Shown here in pieces: positions 1 through 8,875 of a stretch of DNA of 39,195 nucleotides. Source of the stretch: Cyanophora paradoxa CCMP329 (Eukaryota; Plantae; Glaucophyta); the NCBI GenBank assembly GCA_004431415.1, contig QPMI01000450.1, forward strand, positions 1 through 39,195, read 5' to 3'. How positions within the stretch are numbered: position 1 is the first letter of the stretch; every line of letters begins with the position of its first letter. Made by a program: the position numbers and the translations under genes. Under the pieces are notes generated by a model that saw only the letters and a list, made by a program, of their open reading frames with translations, did not search any database and was not told where the DNA came from.

Positions 1-1046
1 AGAAGCGCCTCGCCTTCTGGCAGGGAGACGGCCGCCTGCCCCTCACCCGCTTCATCATCACCCACTGCGTCGTCGACCACCACCTACCTCGTCGGCTCGG
101 AGACGGAGGGCGGCATGACGAGCGTGGCGGGCATCTGCGAGTACGTCTCGCGCACCGAGGGCCCGGACGCCTCCGCCGCCCTCGCCGCCAACATCGAGAA
201 CGGCGCGCTGGACGAGACCCTCGCCGGCTTCGGCTCCTGTGCCGCCCTACTCCTACAAGCTCGGCGGCGTCTGGCAGACCTACATCCGCGGCATCGTCCC
301 CAAGGCCCCGCTCTCCTCGGCGAGAGCCAGCCGGCGCTGGAGGCGATCGCGATCCCCGTCGCCCAGTTCAAGGACCCGGCGCCCGACGTCGGGCCCTTCC
401 CTCGTCAAGCCCCACACCAAGGGCAAGGGCAAGCGCACCCGCAACTCGGCGCCGGCCTTCCTCCCGCCCCAGCCCCCCGCCACGGCCCCCAGCAGCGCCC
501 CGGCCAGCAGCGCATCGACGAGATGCTGCCGCGCCAGGTCCGGCCCGCGTACCCCCGCCTTCCCTGTACCTCCCTCCCCTCGCCCCGTTCCTGATCCAAG
601 GGCAGGGTACCTCCGCCTCCCCCGCGAGCGCCGACGGCCCCAGCCCGTCCCCGGCCCCGGCGCCGTCCTCTCCGCGATCCAGGGCTTCGGGGCCCAGCAG
701 GAGGCCGAGCGGCAGGCCCTGGCGGCGCGCCTGGCGCGCGAGGCGGAGGAGCGGCGCCAGGCCGTCGGGCCCAGCGCCTCCAGCACACCCTCGCCTTCCG
801 CGCCGAGCTGGAGGCGGGCTTCCGCGCCGGCCAGATCTCCGGCGCGGAGGCCTCGGAGCGCTGGCGGGCGTTCGAGGCGGAGACGGCGGGGCTGTCGAAG
901 GCCTCGGCTCAGCTACCGGCGCGTGGCCGTCCCGCAGTCCTACGCGCGGCGGGCGACGCTGGAGGCCTCGCGCGCGGAGATCGACGCGGCGGAGGACGTG
1001 GCGGCGCGAGGAGGCCAGCCGAGCCTTCCGCCACCTCCACCACTGA
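1..1046 (+). pseudogene. Frameshifted, 5'-truncated viral coding region of unknown function
   Basis: Protein-like segments switch frames (KRLAFWQGDGRLPLTRFII.., MTSVAGICEYVSRTEG.., PYSYKLGGVWQTYIRGIVPK.., QQEAERQALAARLAREAEERR); no recognisable family. Confidence 0.4.
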
Positions 1047-1382
1047 GGCCCGAGGCGGTATTTTTTCTCAACCCTTCCAATCGGTCTCGCGATGGCCTCG
1101 CTGACAGCTACCCCGCATTACTCCTAGGAGCCCTCGCCGCGACCCTCACCTGGCTCCTCGGCGGCACCCCACGGCCTCGGCCGTCATCGGCGTGGGCTTC
1201 GGCTACGCCGCCAAGCCCTCTACGCCCCGGCTCCGTCTCGATGGCGACGGCCGGCATGCGCCCCGCGGGGCGTTAACTCTCCCTTTTCAAAGTTCCATTC
1301 CCCCCTTTCCCTTTTCAAAGTTGCGACGTCCTTTTGAGTCCGTTGCATTTAAATTTTCTTCATCGTCTGTACACGTCTAAAC

Positions 1383-1876
1383 ATGCCCAACGCCGTAGAG
1401 AAGCTGTTGTGTACGGTGTTCAAATCGGACTCGCGCTGCAGCAAGATCGGCGAGGCTGCCAAGGGCGGGGCGGGGCGAAGGCCGGCGGCGGGCGGAGGGG
1501 CCTAAGATAAGGGGCGCGGACCCGGCGCCGCCGGCGCTAAAGTCGATTAAGGCTGCGGGCAAGGGCCGCGGCGTCGGGCCCCTGCCCTCGTGGCGATCGC
1601 CCCGGGCCAGCGCGAGGCGGCGCACGCGGCGACGGCGGCGCTGGCCTCGCAGCAGCAGAGGGAGGGGCGCCGCGCCTGAGCGCCGGCCTCTGGTCGCAGC
1701 CTGCGCCCGCGCGCGAGTACGGCGTCAGCGCTTACTTCGACGGCGCGAACGAGCTGAGCCGCCAGGAGATCTGGGCCTGGGAGGCGCGGCGCGCGGTCGA
1801 CGGGCACCTGCCGTTGCTCGTGGCGCTCGGCGGCTCGCTCCTCATGGTCTGGTACCTGCGCGGCTTCGCGATTTAG
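1383..1876 (+). pseudogene. Frameshifted gene for a small protein with a C-terminal membrane anchor (not in ORF track)
   Basis: AAATTTTCT motif upstream; ATG at 1383 (MPNAVEKLLCTVFKSDSRCSKIGE); ends HLPLLVALGGSLLMVWYLRGFAI-TAG at 1876 in another frame. Confidence 0.5.
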
Positions 1877-1905
1877 ATAGATTTTCGAAGCGCTAGCTAG
1901 TAGAG

Positions 1906-2232
1906 ATGAGCTGGCTCGACGCGCTGCTCACCAAGACCTTTGGGCCCAAGGGCGCGCCGCGGCTGCAGTTCGGTGAGCTCAACGCCGCGATCGGCGCCAC
2001 AGTCGAGATGAAGAACCGCGAGAACGTGCTGCGCGGCGACGGAGGCGCGTGGGCGGACATTGCGGCGGGCGCGCTGGGCTCCGCACTCACCGCACCGGGC
2101 AAGGCGGGCCGCGCGCTCACGGACGTGGCCGAGCGCTTCTGGCACTGGCTCAAGGTTGCCGTGGTCATCGCCGCAGCGGTTGTGGCGGGTCTCCTGGTGC
2201 TCGAGGCTCGCGCGCTATTTTCTAAACGCTAG
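1906..2232 (+). CDS. Hypothetical membrane protein (C-terminal TM helix)
   Basis: 108 aa; VAVVIAAAVVAGLLVL; ATTTTCG motif upstream. Confidence 0.7.
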   Translation: MSWLDALLTKTFGPKGAPRLQFGELNAAIGATVEMKNRENVLRGDGGAWADIAAGALGSALTAPGKAGRALTDVAERFWHWLKVAVVIAAAVVAGLLVLEARALFSKR

Positions 2233-2248
2233 GTAAAGCGAGCGAACC

Positions 2249-2652
2249 ATGCCCCGCGGCGGCTCTTCCCCCCGTGTCTCCTTCGCTGAGAACGAAGTCG
2301 CCGCTACCCCCTGGAGCCCGGCGTCAAGCTGGAGCGCGCGAACGCAGTCTCCGTCAAGAAGGCCAAGCGCGCGCTGGTTCTAGAAGTCCCCAAGACCGCC
2401 TCGCAGTTCCTTCCCACGTCCGAGTACGACGGCACGGAAGATACGGAGAAGGTTGCATTCAACAAGCGCAAGACGTACAAGGCGATACGCGAGGGCCAGC
2501 TGCTGCCCACGGACGCGGTTCCCGGGCTGCCGGGCACCACGGCCGGCGAGCTGCTCGTGCGCAACCTGCGCCTGCAGTACGTCTCCCGCCTCCGCCGCTC
2601 CAAGGCCAAGAAGGCGCGCCTGGACTCGGGCGATAGCAGCTCTAGCTCGTAG
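2249..2652 (+). pseudogene. Frameshifted basic hypothetical protein (not in ORF track)
   Basis: TTTTCTA motif then ATG at 2249 (MPRGGSSPRVSFAENE); continues in another frame as VKLERANAVSVKKAKRALVLEVPK...SGDSSSSS-TAG at 2652. Confidence 0.5.
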
Positions 2653-2668
2653 GGCTCTGTACTCAATA

Positions 2669-2953
2669 CTACCAGTTCCTGTTCCTATCCCAGAGCACGA
2701 CTCGGGTAAAGGGCACGGTCATAGCGAACATGAACTCGGCAAACTTGGAGAAGTTCATGAGGGTCCCTAGGCGCGGGTCCTCCCAGTAGATAGCTTCGCG
2801 CAGGGACTCGTAGATGCGCATGAGGGAGCGCTCGTTCTCGGTCGCGAAGGCGTCGGAGGGCTCGTCGGGATCCGGATCCGAGAGCTCCGAGTACTCGTCC
2901 GAGCTGCCAGCGCTCTCGACGCCTGCGGCCGGGTCGGGCGAGGGGTCAGCCAT
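2669..2953 (-). CDS. Hypothetical protein, acidic N-terminus
   Basis: 94 aa ORF; ATTTTCTA motif upstream on the minus strand. Confidence 0.7.
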   Translation of the reverse strand: MADPSPDPAAGVESAGSSDEYSELSDPDPDEPSDAFATENERSLMRIYESLREAIYWEDPRLGTLMNFSKFAEFMFAMTVPFTRVVLWDRNRNW

Positions 2954-2979
2954 TCTTTGCTGGTAGAAGGGCTAGAAAA

Positions 2980-3321
2980 TCACGGGCGCCGGTACTCCAT
3001 CGAGTCGCCGCGCCAGTACTTGTTGCCGGAGGCGAGCAGCTTCATCGGCTCGCCCGTCGAGTCGTGCGTCCAGGCCTCGCCCGTCCAGACGGCCGTGCCG
3101 CCGTCCTCTAGCTTGAGGCGGTGGCCCGCCTCGAGCCGATCGCCGTTGAGCATGCGGCCGGCCATGAGCGCCAGGTCCCACTCGGTGAGGCCGCGCTGCT
3201 CTTCGGGGGTGAGGCCGCGCTCGACGCGCTCGGGCTGGCGCGCCTCGCGCTCCATGCGGCTGAGGCCCACCAGGAAGAAGATCGGCAGCGCAAAGGCCAT
3301 GAGATCTAGCAGGGCCTCCAT
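2980..3321 (-). CDS. Hypothetical protein with N-terminal hydrophobic segment
   Basis: 113 aa; LLDLMAFALPIFFLVGL; TTTTCTA motif upstream. Confidence 0.7.
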   Translation of the reverse strand: MEALLDLMAFALPIFFLVGLSRMEREARQPERVERGLTPEEQRGLTEWDLALMAGRMLNGDRLEAGHRLKLEDGGTAVWTGEAWTHDSTGEPMKLLASGNKYWRGDSMEYRRP

Positions 3322-3331
3322 TGGGCAAGAC

Positions 3332-3625
3332 TTAGAAAAGGTTCCGGGCCAGGCCCGAGAGCTGCGGGCCCAGGCGCCGGGCGGCGTAGTAGAGCGCGGC
3401 GGCCGCGGCGGCCAGGATCAGAAGGCGCGGCGGGCCGCGCGCGGGCTCCTCCAGGGTCAAGTCCACGGTCTCTGGCTCGCGGGCCGGCGTCGCCAGGATC
3501 TCGGGCTCGGAGCTAAGGGACTTGGGCCCGCGGCGGCGGCGCTGCTTGGGGGCGGAGGCGGCGGCGGCGGCGGAGAGAAGGTCCTCGGGCTCCTGCTTGA
3601 TACCTGCGCAGTCAGTAAAGTCCAT
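3332..3625 (-). CDS. Hypothetical protein with C-terminal hydrophobic segment
   Basis: 97 aa; LLILAAAAAALYYA; AATTTTCC motif upstream. Confidence 0.65.
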   Translation of the reverse strand: MDFTDCAGIKQEPEDLLSAAAAASAPKQRRRRGPKSLSSEPEILATPAREPETVDLTLEEPARGPPRLLILAAAAAALYYAARRLGPQLSGLARNLF

Positions 3626-3787
3626 GCTTGCTGGGTACCTCGGAAAATTGTGGGAGGTGCCCGGCGGCTGCGAACGTAGGATGGGGGGAGAAGTGACGCG
3701 GACGCGAATACGTCATAGTCGAATACGTCATAGTCCAAAACCTGGACTCGGGACTCGGCCCGGGCCCTGGGGAGGGGGGTACATGTT

Positions 3788-3827
3788 ATGTCCAAATGTC
3801 CAAATGTCCAAATGTCCAAATGTCCAA
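3788..3827 (+). repeat. Tandem repeat (ATGTCCAA)x5
   Basis: Five perfect 8-mers between repeat copies 1 and 2. Confidence 0.95.
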
Positions 3828-4312
3828 TTGAAAGGTTGCGGAGGTTGCGGACGCGTCACAAATACGTCATAGTCGAATACGTCATAGTCCAAAACCTGGA
3901 CTTGGGACCTGGGCCCAGACTCTCGCCAAGTTTCAAATAATAATACTGTACCCCTGTTATCTGCAAGCTTATCTTATCGTTATCGTGTCACCTATCCTAT
4001 CCCGATCCTATCGCTATCCTTTCGCGATCGCTTGACTACACTATTGCATTCATTGCTTTTGAATGTAGTTAATGTCATAGCAACTTGAACATGATGTCAT
4101 GATGATTTCAAGTTAAATACCGGGGTACGGTGTTTTTGTTCAAGTCTCTTTTTTTACCGGCAGGGCCCGGGCCGAGTCCCGAGTCCAGGTTTTGGACTAT
4201 GACGTATTCGACTATGACGTATTTGTGACGCGTCCGCAACCTCCGCAACCTTTCAGTTAATTAATTAAGCACTGGGCTAGCGCTAGGCTAGCTAGATATC
4301 GATACCAGCTAG

Positions 4313-4741
4313 CTAGCTCAGCTCTACCCTGCCCAAGTTGATGGTATCTAGCAGCGCCTGCTCCTCTAAGTCTGCACCGCCTCCTCCTAGCGCTAGCGCT
4401 AGCTCGATACCGCCTCCAGACTTGATCTCCCTTGGCTTCAGCCACCGAAGGGGCTCAGGCCACCTCCTCCTGGTGAAGCCGGTATCGTTGCGCTTGTCCA
4501 GCTTGAGGTAGCGGTAGGGCGCCGGCGCCGGCCAGTCGGGCCTGTGGCTGCTGGCCTCCTTGGCTATGTCCTTGGGCCTACGCGGAAGCAGGTCGGCCTT
4601 GGCCTTGGCCTTCTGCAGAGGGCCCAGCGCCTTGAACTTCGGTGCCTTCGTCGCCGGCAGGGCCTTCGGCTGAGGCTTCGGTGCCTTCTGCGCCTTCGTC
4701 TTCGGCTGCGGCTGCGGCTTTAGCTGCTTCGATTTCGGCAT
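4313..4741 (-). CDS. Lys/Pro-rich basic hypothetical protein
   Basis: 142 aa; has its own TTTTCT motif ~25 nt upstream, inside the neighbouring ORF. Confidence 0.55.
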   Translation of the reverse strand: MPKSKQLKPQPQPKTKAQKAPKPQPKALPATKAPKFKALGPLQKAKAKADLLPRRPKDIAKEASSHRPDWPAPAPYRYLKLDKRNDTGFTRRRWPEPLRWLKPREIKSGGGIELALALGGGGADLEEQALLDTINLGRVELS

Positions 4742-4979
4742 ACTTCTTGCTCATAAATGAGAAAAGCGCCTCGAAGTCGGCTTTTATCTCCTCCTTGGTC
4801 CAGGATGTCATCTGAGTCGGGTCACCTGAGAACGGCGCATCGAACGCCACGTGGAGCGATTTGCAGGCCTGAGCTATCATTGGCTCCGGCCAGGCCAGCT
4901 CGATCAGCTGAAGGTAGATACTGAGGGCCTTGTCGAGCTTGGCGCCCTGGGAGACTAGCTGGGAGATGGCGGGCTCCAT
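4578..4979 (-). CDS. Hypothetical protein, helical N-terminus and acidic tail
   Basis: 133 aa; ATTTTCTGA motif upstream. Confidence 0.65.
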   Translation of the reverse strand: MEPAISQLVSQGAKLDKALSIYLQLIELAWPEPMIAQACKSLHVAFDAPFSGDPTQMTSWTKEEIKADFEALFSFMSKKYAEIEAAKAAAAAEDEGAEGTEASAEGPAGDEGTEVQGAGPSAEGQGQGRPASA

Positions 4980-5138
4980 GGTACTGGATTAAGCAGCTAG
5001 CCGGGGTTCAGAAAATGGCGCCAAGTCCGAGCTTATTTTTTTACCGGCGGGGCCTGGGCCGAGTCCCGAGTCCAGGTTTTGGACTATGACGTATTCGACT
5101 ATGACGTATTCGCGTCCGCGTCACTTCCCCCCCCCTCT

Positions 5139-5169
5139 TCAGGTGAGCGCTCACCTGACCCTCACCTGA
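5139..5169. promoter_or_regulatory. TCACCTGA motif cluster including the perfect 20-bp palindrome TCAGGTGAGCGCTCACCTGA (5139-5158)
   Basis: Same octamer recurs at 5162, 5542 and (as TCAGGTGA) 17211, 17231, 17243, 32568. Confidence 0.55.
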
Positions 5170-5233
5170 ACGGCCTCAAAACCGCAGCCGCGCCGCGCCC
5201 TCGCTCACACTTCACAGCCAAGAGAAATCAAGA

Positions 5234-5518
5234 ATGTGCGCCCCCAAGTACGAGACCTGCTGCCTGACCTTCGGCATCTTCGAGTACGAGGCCATGGACG
5301 AGGATCTCGACGAGAACGGCGAGATCTGCTTCAACTACTGCAGGCTGCTGCGCAACATCTCGCTGGAGTGCCGCAAGGGCGACTGCTTCCAGCACATCAT
5401 GCTCAATCCCGCCAAGAACGAGATCACCCTGTACGCCGTCGCCAGCCCCAGCGCCAGATTTAGACTCTCGAATATTCGCGTAGCCGTGATCGAGGCCCTC
5501 CCCTCCCCAGTGAGCTGA
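5234..5518 (+). CDS. Cys-rich hypothetical protein
   Basis: 94 aa ORF with strong GC3 codon bias. Confidence 0.7.
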   Translation: MCAPKYETCCLTFGIFEYEAMDEDLDENGEICFNYCRLLRNISLECRKGDCFQHIMLNPAKNEITLYAVASPSARFRLSNIRVAVIEALPSPVS

Positions 5519-5637
5519 ATTGAACACGTGTTTTACCTGAATCACCTGAGCGCTCACCCGAGGTCAGCCTGAAGTCAGGTGGGGCGGCCTTAAATATTTT
5601 CTAGCGCTAGGCTGATCGCACACTAAGCTCAGACAAC

Positions 5638-6420
5638 ATGGCCACCGTCCGCAACGCCACCGAGATCGACCCCGCCAAGCTCGCCTTCGAAATCGATGCC
5701 AACGGCCGCATCAAGGCCAAGTACGACGGCCTGCAGGGCCTCATGATGTACGCGCCGCCCATGGTCACGATCAACCCGTGCATCAACACCGAGCAAGGCA
5801 AGGCGTGGAGCGACGAGAAGAAGGCCTTCGTCATGGAAGAAAACGGCGGATTTTACACGCTGGACCTCACCGATCTCAGCGCCGTCGACGGCCAGACGAA
5901 CCCAGCCGCGGACGAGTTCCTCAAGCTGCTGGAGGCCCTGGACGCGAAATTCTGCGAGTTCGTGCAGCAGAACCAGGCCAAGCTCAAGGTCTCGCCCGGG
6001 CGCGCCCTCTCCAAGGATCAGATCTCGGTGCTGCAGACGCCCAGCGTGCGCATCAAGGTCGACAAGGAGTCGGGCCAGGCCTTCTACAAGTACCTCAACA
6101 TGCGCATCCGCACGCAGACGATGGCGGGCAAGCGCAAGACGATCCCAGTCGTCGACATGTCCAACTACCTCATCACCGAGCGCGCCACCATCGGCACCGG
6201 AGACCTGGTGGCGGCCCTCGTTAAAATCGACACCGCCTACGCCATCCCCGAGGGCAAGTTCGGCCTCAAGTGGTCCTTCCTCGCCGTGCAGCAGTGCAAG
6301 GTCGGCGCCTTTCGCTTCGCCGGCCGCACGCCCGAGCTGGCCTTCAAGCCCTACGACAACGAGGCCGATTTCGAGCCCTACCTAAACCCCGAGTCTATGT
6401 ACACCACCCCCATGCAGTAG
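5638..6420 (+). CDS. Probable single-stranded DNA-binding protein (OB-fold, NCLDV/T7 gp2.5-like)
   Basis: 260 aa; 'YTLDL..EFLKLLEALDAKFCEFV' helix, beta-rich C-terminal half 'GDLVAALVKIDTAY..GKFGLKW...VQQ', acidic/aromatic tail; fits the expected mriyavirus core. Confidence 0.6.
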   Translation: MATVRNATEIDPAKLAFEIDANGRIKAKYDGLQGLMMYAPPMVTINPCINTEQGKAWSDEKKAFVMEENGGFYTLDLTDLSAVDGQTNPAADEFLKLLEALDAKFCEFVQQNQAKLKVSPGRALSKDQISVLQTPSVRIKVDKESGQAFYKYLNMRIRTQTMAGKRKTIPVVDMSNYLITERATIGTGDLVAALVKIDTAYAIPEGKFGLKWSFLAVQQCKVGAFRFAGRTPELAFKPYDNEADFEPYLNPESMYTTPMQ

Positions 6421-6474
6421 TTTAGACGAATAAATTGTAAATTCTCTGGTGCAATTGATTACAAGCGTTTACAA

Positions 6475-7278
6475 TCAGAGGCCGTTGAACTTGCCGCCCA
6501 CCGCCCTGGGCTCCGCCGCCGTCGAGGCCGCCGCCTCCGTCACCTCCTTCATCATCTCCGGGTTCGCGTTGGCCGCGTGCACCGCCAGCACCGTCTGCAC
6601 CAGGGCCATCCCCAGGCGCGCCTCGGGCCCCAGGGTCACGTAGCGCGAGTACTTAATCACCAGCTCCTCTAAGATCGGCTGCACCTGGTCCATGGAAGAG
6701 AGCGTCGCCTGCCCGAGCCCGTCTAACTTCAGGCCGATCGGATCGTACGCTTTGTTAAGGTGCTCCAGCGAGTGCATGCCCGCGATCAGAAAGAGGCGCG
6801 CCGCCTCCAGCGAACCCCGCGTGCTCAGCTCGCGCTGAATTTCCTCGTACTCTTCCTTCAGCTCGTCCAGCGGCGTGGCGAGGCTCAGCTTCTTCGTGGA
6901 CGTCAGCTCGCCCCCGAACGAGCGCCTGTACTGCGCGATCTGCCGCAGAACCTGCTTCTTCTCGTCCACGTCCACCTGCGCCTCGTCGCGCGGCCTCTCC
7001 TGCAGGTCGATCCCCAGCGCCTTTTTCACGCTCTGCTCCTTCTTCTTCGTCATTTCGATGTGCTCCTGCACGCTGAAGCTCGCGCCCTTGCTCGGCGCCG
7101 TCGGCGGCACCGTGGGCCCGTCGCCCGGTAGCGACGTCTTGTCGGCCTTCGGCGCCTTCTCGCCCTTTTCCTTGCCTTCCTTCGCGGGGCGGCCCTTCTT
7201 CCGAGGCTGCGGGATCCCCACCGGGTTCGGCCCGTCCACGGCCAGCGCGTCGAAGCCCAGCATCGCCGAGGGGTCCAT
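6475..7278 (-). CDS. NCLDV conserved protein, DUF5767-like
   Basis: LEHLNKAYDPIGLKLDG...ILEELVIKY...LGPEARLG...VH matches the family pattern E.LN..FDP..KLDG...EEL..KY...PE.RL...H. Confidence 0.7.
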   Translation of the reverse strand: MDPSAMLGFDALAVDGPNPVGIPQPRKKGRPAKEGKEKGEKAPKADKTSLPGDGPTVPPTAPSKGASFSVQEHIEMTKKKEQSVKKALGIDLQERPRDEAQVDVDEKKQVLRQIAQYRRSFGGELTSTKKLSLATPLDELKEEYEEIQRELSTRGSLEAARLFLIAGMHSLEHLNKAYDPIGLKLDGLGQATLSSMDQVQPILEELVIKYSRYVTLGPEARLGMALVQTVLAVHAANANPEMMKEVTEAAASTAAEPRAVGGKFNGL

Positions 7279-7313
7279 GGTTACGCTTGCCCCTTAGAAA
7301 TTTCCTCGGATTT

Positions 7314-7643
7314 TTACTCCGACGTCAGCTCGACGAAGAGCTCGATGTAAAGCCACAGTTTCTCGCGCAGCTCGGGCCCGCTCCCGTAGAAGAGCGAGCG
7401 CACGGCCGAGGCGTACTCCTGCGGCAGCTTCTCGAAAACTCCGTCGTCCCGCGCCTTAATTAATTCGGCCTCCGCGTTGATGTGCCTCCTAAAGAGAACG
7501 ATGACCGCCGTGGCGCCTATGCCGCGCAGCGACTGGATCTGCGCCCGCACCCCCGGCTCCTTGGCCTCCGGCTCCAGCAGGTCGAGGAAGCGGCCCCAGC
7601 GCGCCTCGATCTGCTCGCCCAGCGTCGCCTCCGTCGCTGCCAT
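7314..7643 (-). CDS. Small helical hypothetical protein
   Basis: 109 aa; C-terminal 'REKLWLYIELF'; AATTTCTA motif upstream. Confidence 0.7.
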   Translation of the reverse strand: MAATEATLGEQIEARWGRFLDLLEPEAKEPGVRAQIQSLRGIGATAVIVLFRRHINAEAELIKARDDGVFEKLPQEYASAVRSLFYGSGPELREKLWLYIELFVELTSE

Positions 7644-7665
7644 GTCGCTAAGGGGGCTTTAGAAA

Positions 7666-8784
7666 TTAGCGGGCCAGGGATGCCGCCGCCTTTTGGTACA
7701 TTTCCGCCATGCGTGCGTTGGTTTCCCGTCGGATGTTCTTCTGTCTGTCCTGAGTCTCCACGACCATGGCTTGGAATGCCTTTTGGATGTCGAACTGATC
7801 GTCGGTTTCCATCCCTGCGACAGTACCCTCCTGTCGCACCTGGTTGAGAGCTTCGCGCTGATCCGAGGTTGTAAAGTCTTTCCCTACGCGATTGTTGGGG
7901 TTCACCACCCTCGGCAGCAGATTCTGGTCCGCATACGGCCATGCCGTCGGCAGCGCAGGGCCCCGCGTGCCTTGCTGGTCCATGAGCATTGCTCCGAAGG
8001 GATTGCCCTTGCTGAAGTCGACGTCGTTCCGTCCGTACGGCCTGTTGTGCTCGCTGCTGATGTTCGCCGTCTGCGCGTTGAACATGGGCGAGAGGTCGGG
8101 CGTGTAGCCGGCGCGGAAGCCGCCCTTGCCGGCAGCATCGACGGGGCCGTAGCGCCCGGCGGGCCCCAGCAGGTTCTCCTTCTCGATTTCTTCCATCGTC
8201 TTGATCCAGCCGCGCTCGCGTGCCCACTTCATGACGAGATCGTCGTAGTTCATCGGGAAGAAAACCTTCTGGTACTTATCGAAACGCTGAATTTCGATAT
8301 CCTGCTCGATCATGTTCGTAATTCGCTCGAGCAGCTCGGGGTAATATTCCTCGAGCATTTTAGCCACGCCGGGCTGCTTCAGGTCGAAGGCCGTCATGGC
8401 CCACTGGTCGAAATCGCGAATCATGATTTCCTTCCGCAGCGCGAACGCATTCTCGACGTCCTCTTCGTTGATCTGGCGGTTGGGATAGGCATTCTGCAGC
8501 TGCTGCCGAATGCCCATCCGCATCAGCTTCTCCATCTGCGGGGTGTACTTCATCGCGGGCAGGGTCTTCGTGGGAAGGGCCGTCAACCCGAGGCCCCGCG
8601 CCTGATCCTCCGGCGTGTAGATGTCCGCCTTGCCCGGATCTGTGACGTGCACCTCGGGTAGGATCGTGCCGGGCGCATACTTCTCAATGATGCCCGTCAC
8701 CTCGCCCTTCAGGTCGTTCTTCAGCGACTGGCGCTGCTTCTTAGAGCCCTCCCCGATGTCCATCATGGAATGGCCCTTCGTCAT
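7666..8784 (-). CDS. Hypothetical (probably virion-associated) protein downstream of the capsid gene
   Basis: 372 aa intact ORF, co-oriented with the capsid gene. Confidence 0.8.
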   Translation of the reverse strand: MTKGHSMMDIGEGSKKQRQSLKNDLKGEVTGIIEKYAPGTILPEVHVTDPGKADIYTPEDQARGLGLTALPTKTLPAMKYTPQMEKLMRMGIRQQLQNAYPNRQINEEDVENAFALRKEIMIRDFDQWAMTAFDLKQPGVAKMLEEYYPELLERITNMIEQDIEIQRFDKYQKVFFPMNYDDLVMKWARERGWIKTMEEIEKENLLGPAGRYGPVDAAGKGGFRAGYTPDLSPMFNAQTANISSEHNRPYGRNDVDFSKGNPFGAMLMDQQGTRGPALPTAWPYADQNLLPRVVNPNNRVGKDFTTSDQREALNQVRQEGTVAGMETDDQFDIQKAFQAMVVETQDRQKNIRRETNARMAEMYQKAAASLAR

Positions 8785-8875
8785 CGTGCCTCGGTTAGGA
8801 TCCCAGTGGGAAAATTTATTGGTTCACATCGGCGACCGAGGCTCGCCCCCTCTCACACTCTGGCTAGCTGGCAAT

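Larger units (their letters stand above)
3683..5135. repeat. Nested inverted-repeat module: four ~90-100 bp copies (3683-3769 +, 3829-3922 +, 4149-4255 -, 5036-5135 -)
   Basis: All four share AATACGTCATAGTC-GAATACGTCATAGTC-CAAAACCTGGACTYGGGAC. Outer flanks pair copy 1 with copy 4 and copy 2 with copy 3. Confidence 0.95.

Noticed and set aside
3683-5135. CRISPR-like array interpretation of the repeats
   Set aside because: Copies are in both orientations with very unequal spacing, and no cas genes are present
7693-8661. 322-aa plus-strand ORF and similar long antisense ORFs (17220..18077, 14926..15495, 2957..3679)
   Set aside because: Shadows of better-supported genes on the opposite strand in high-GC DNA
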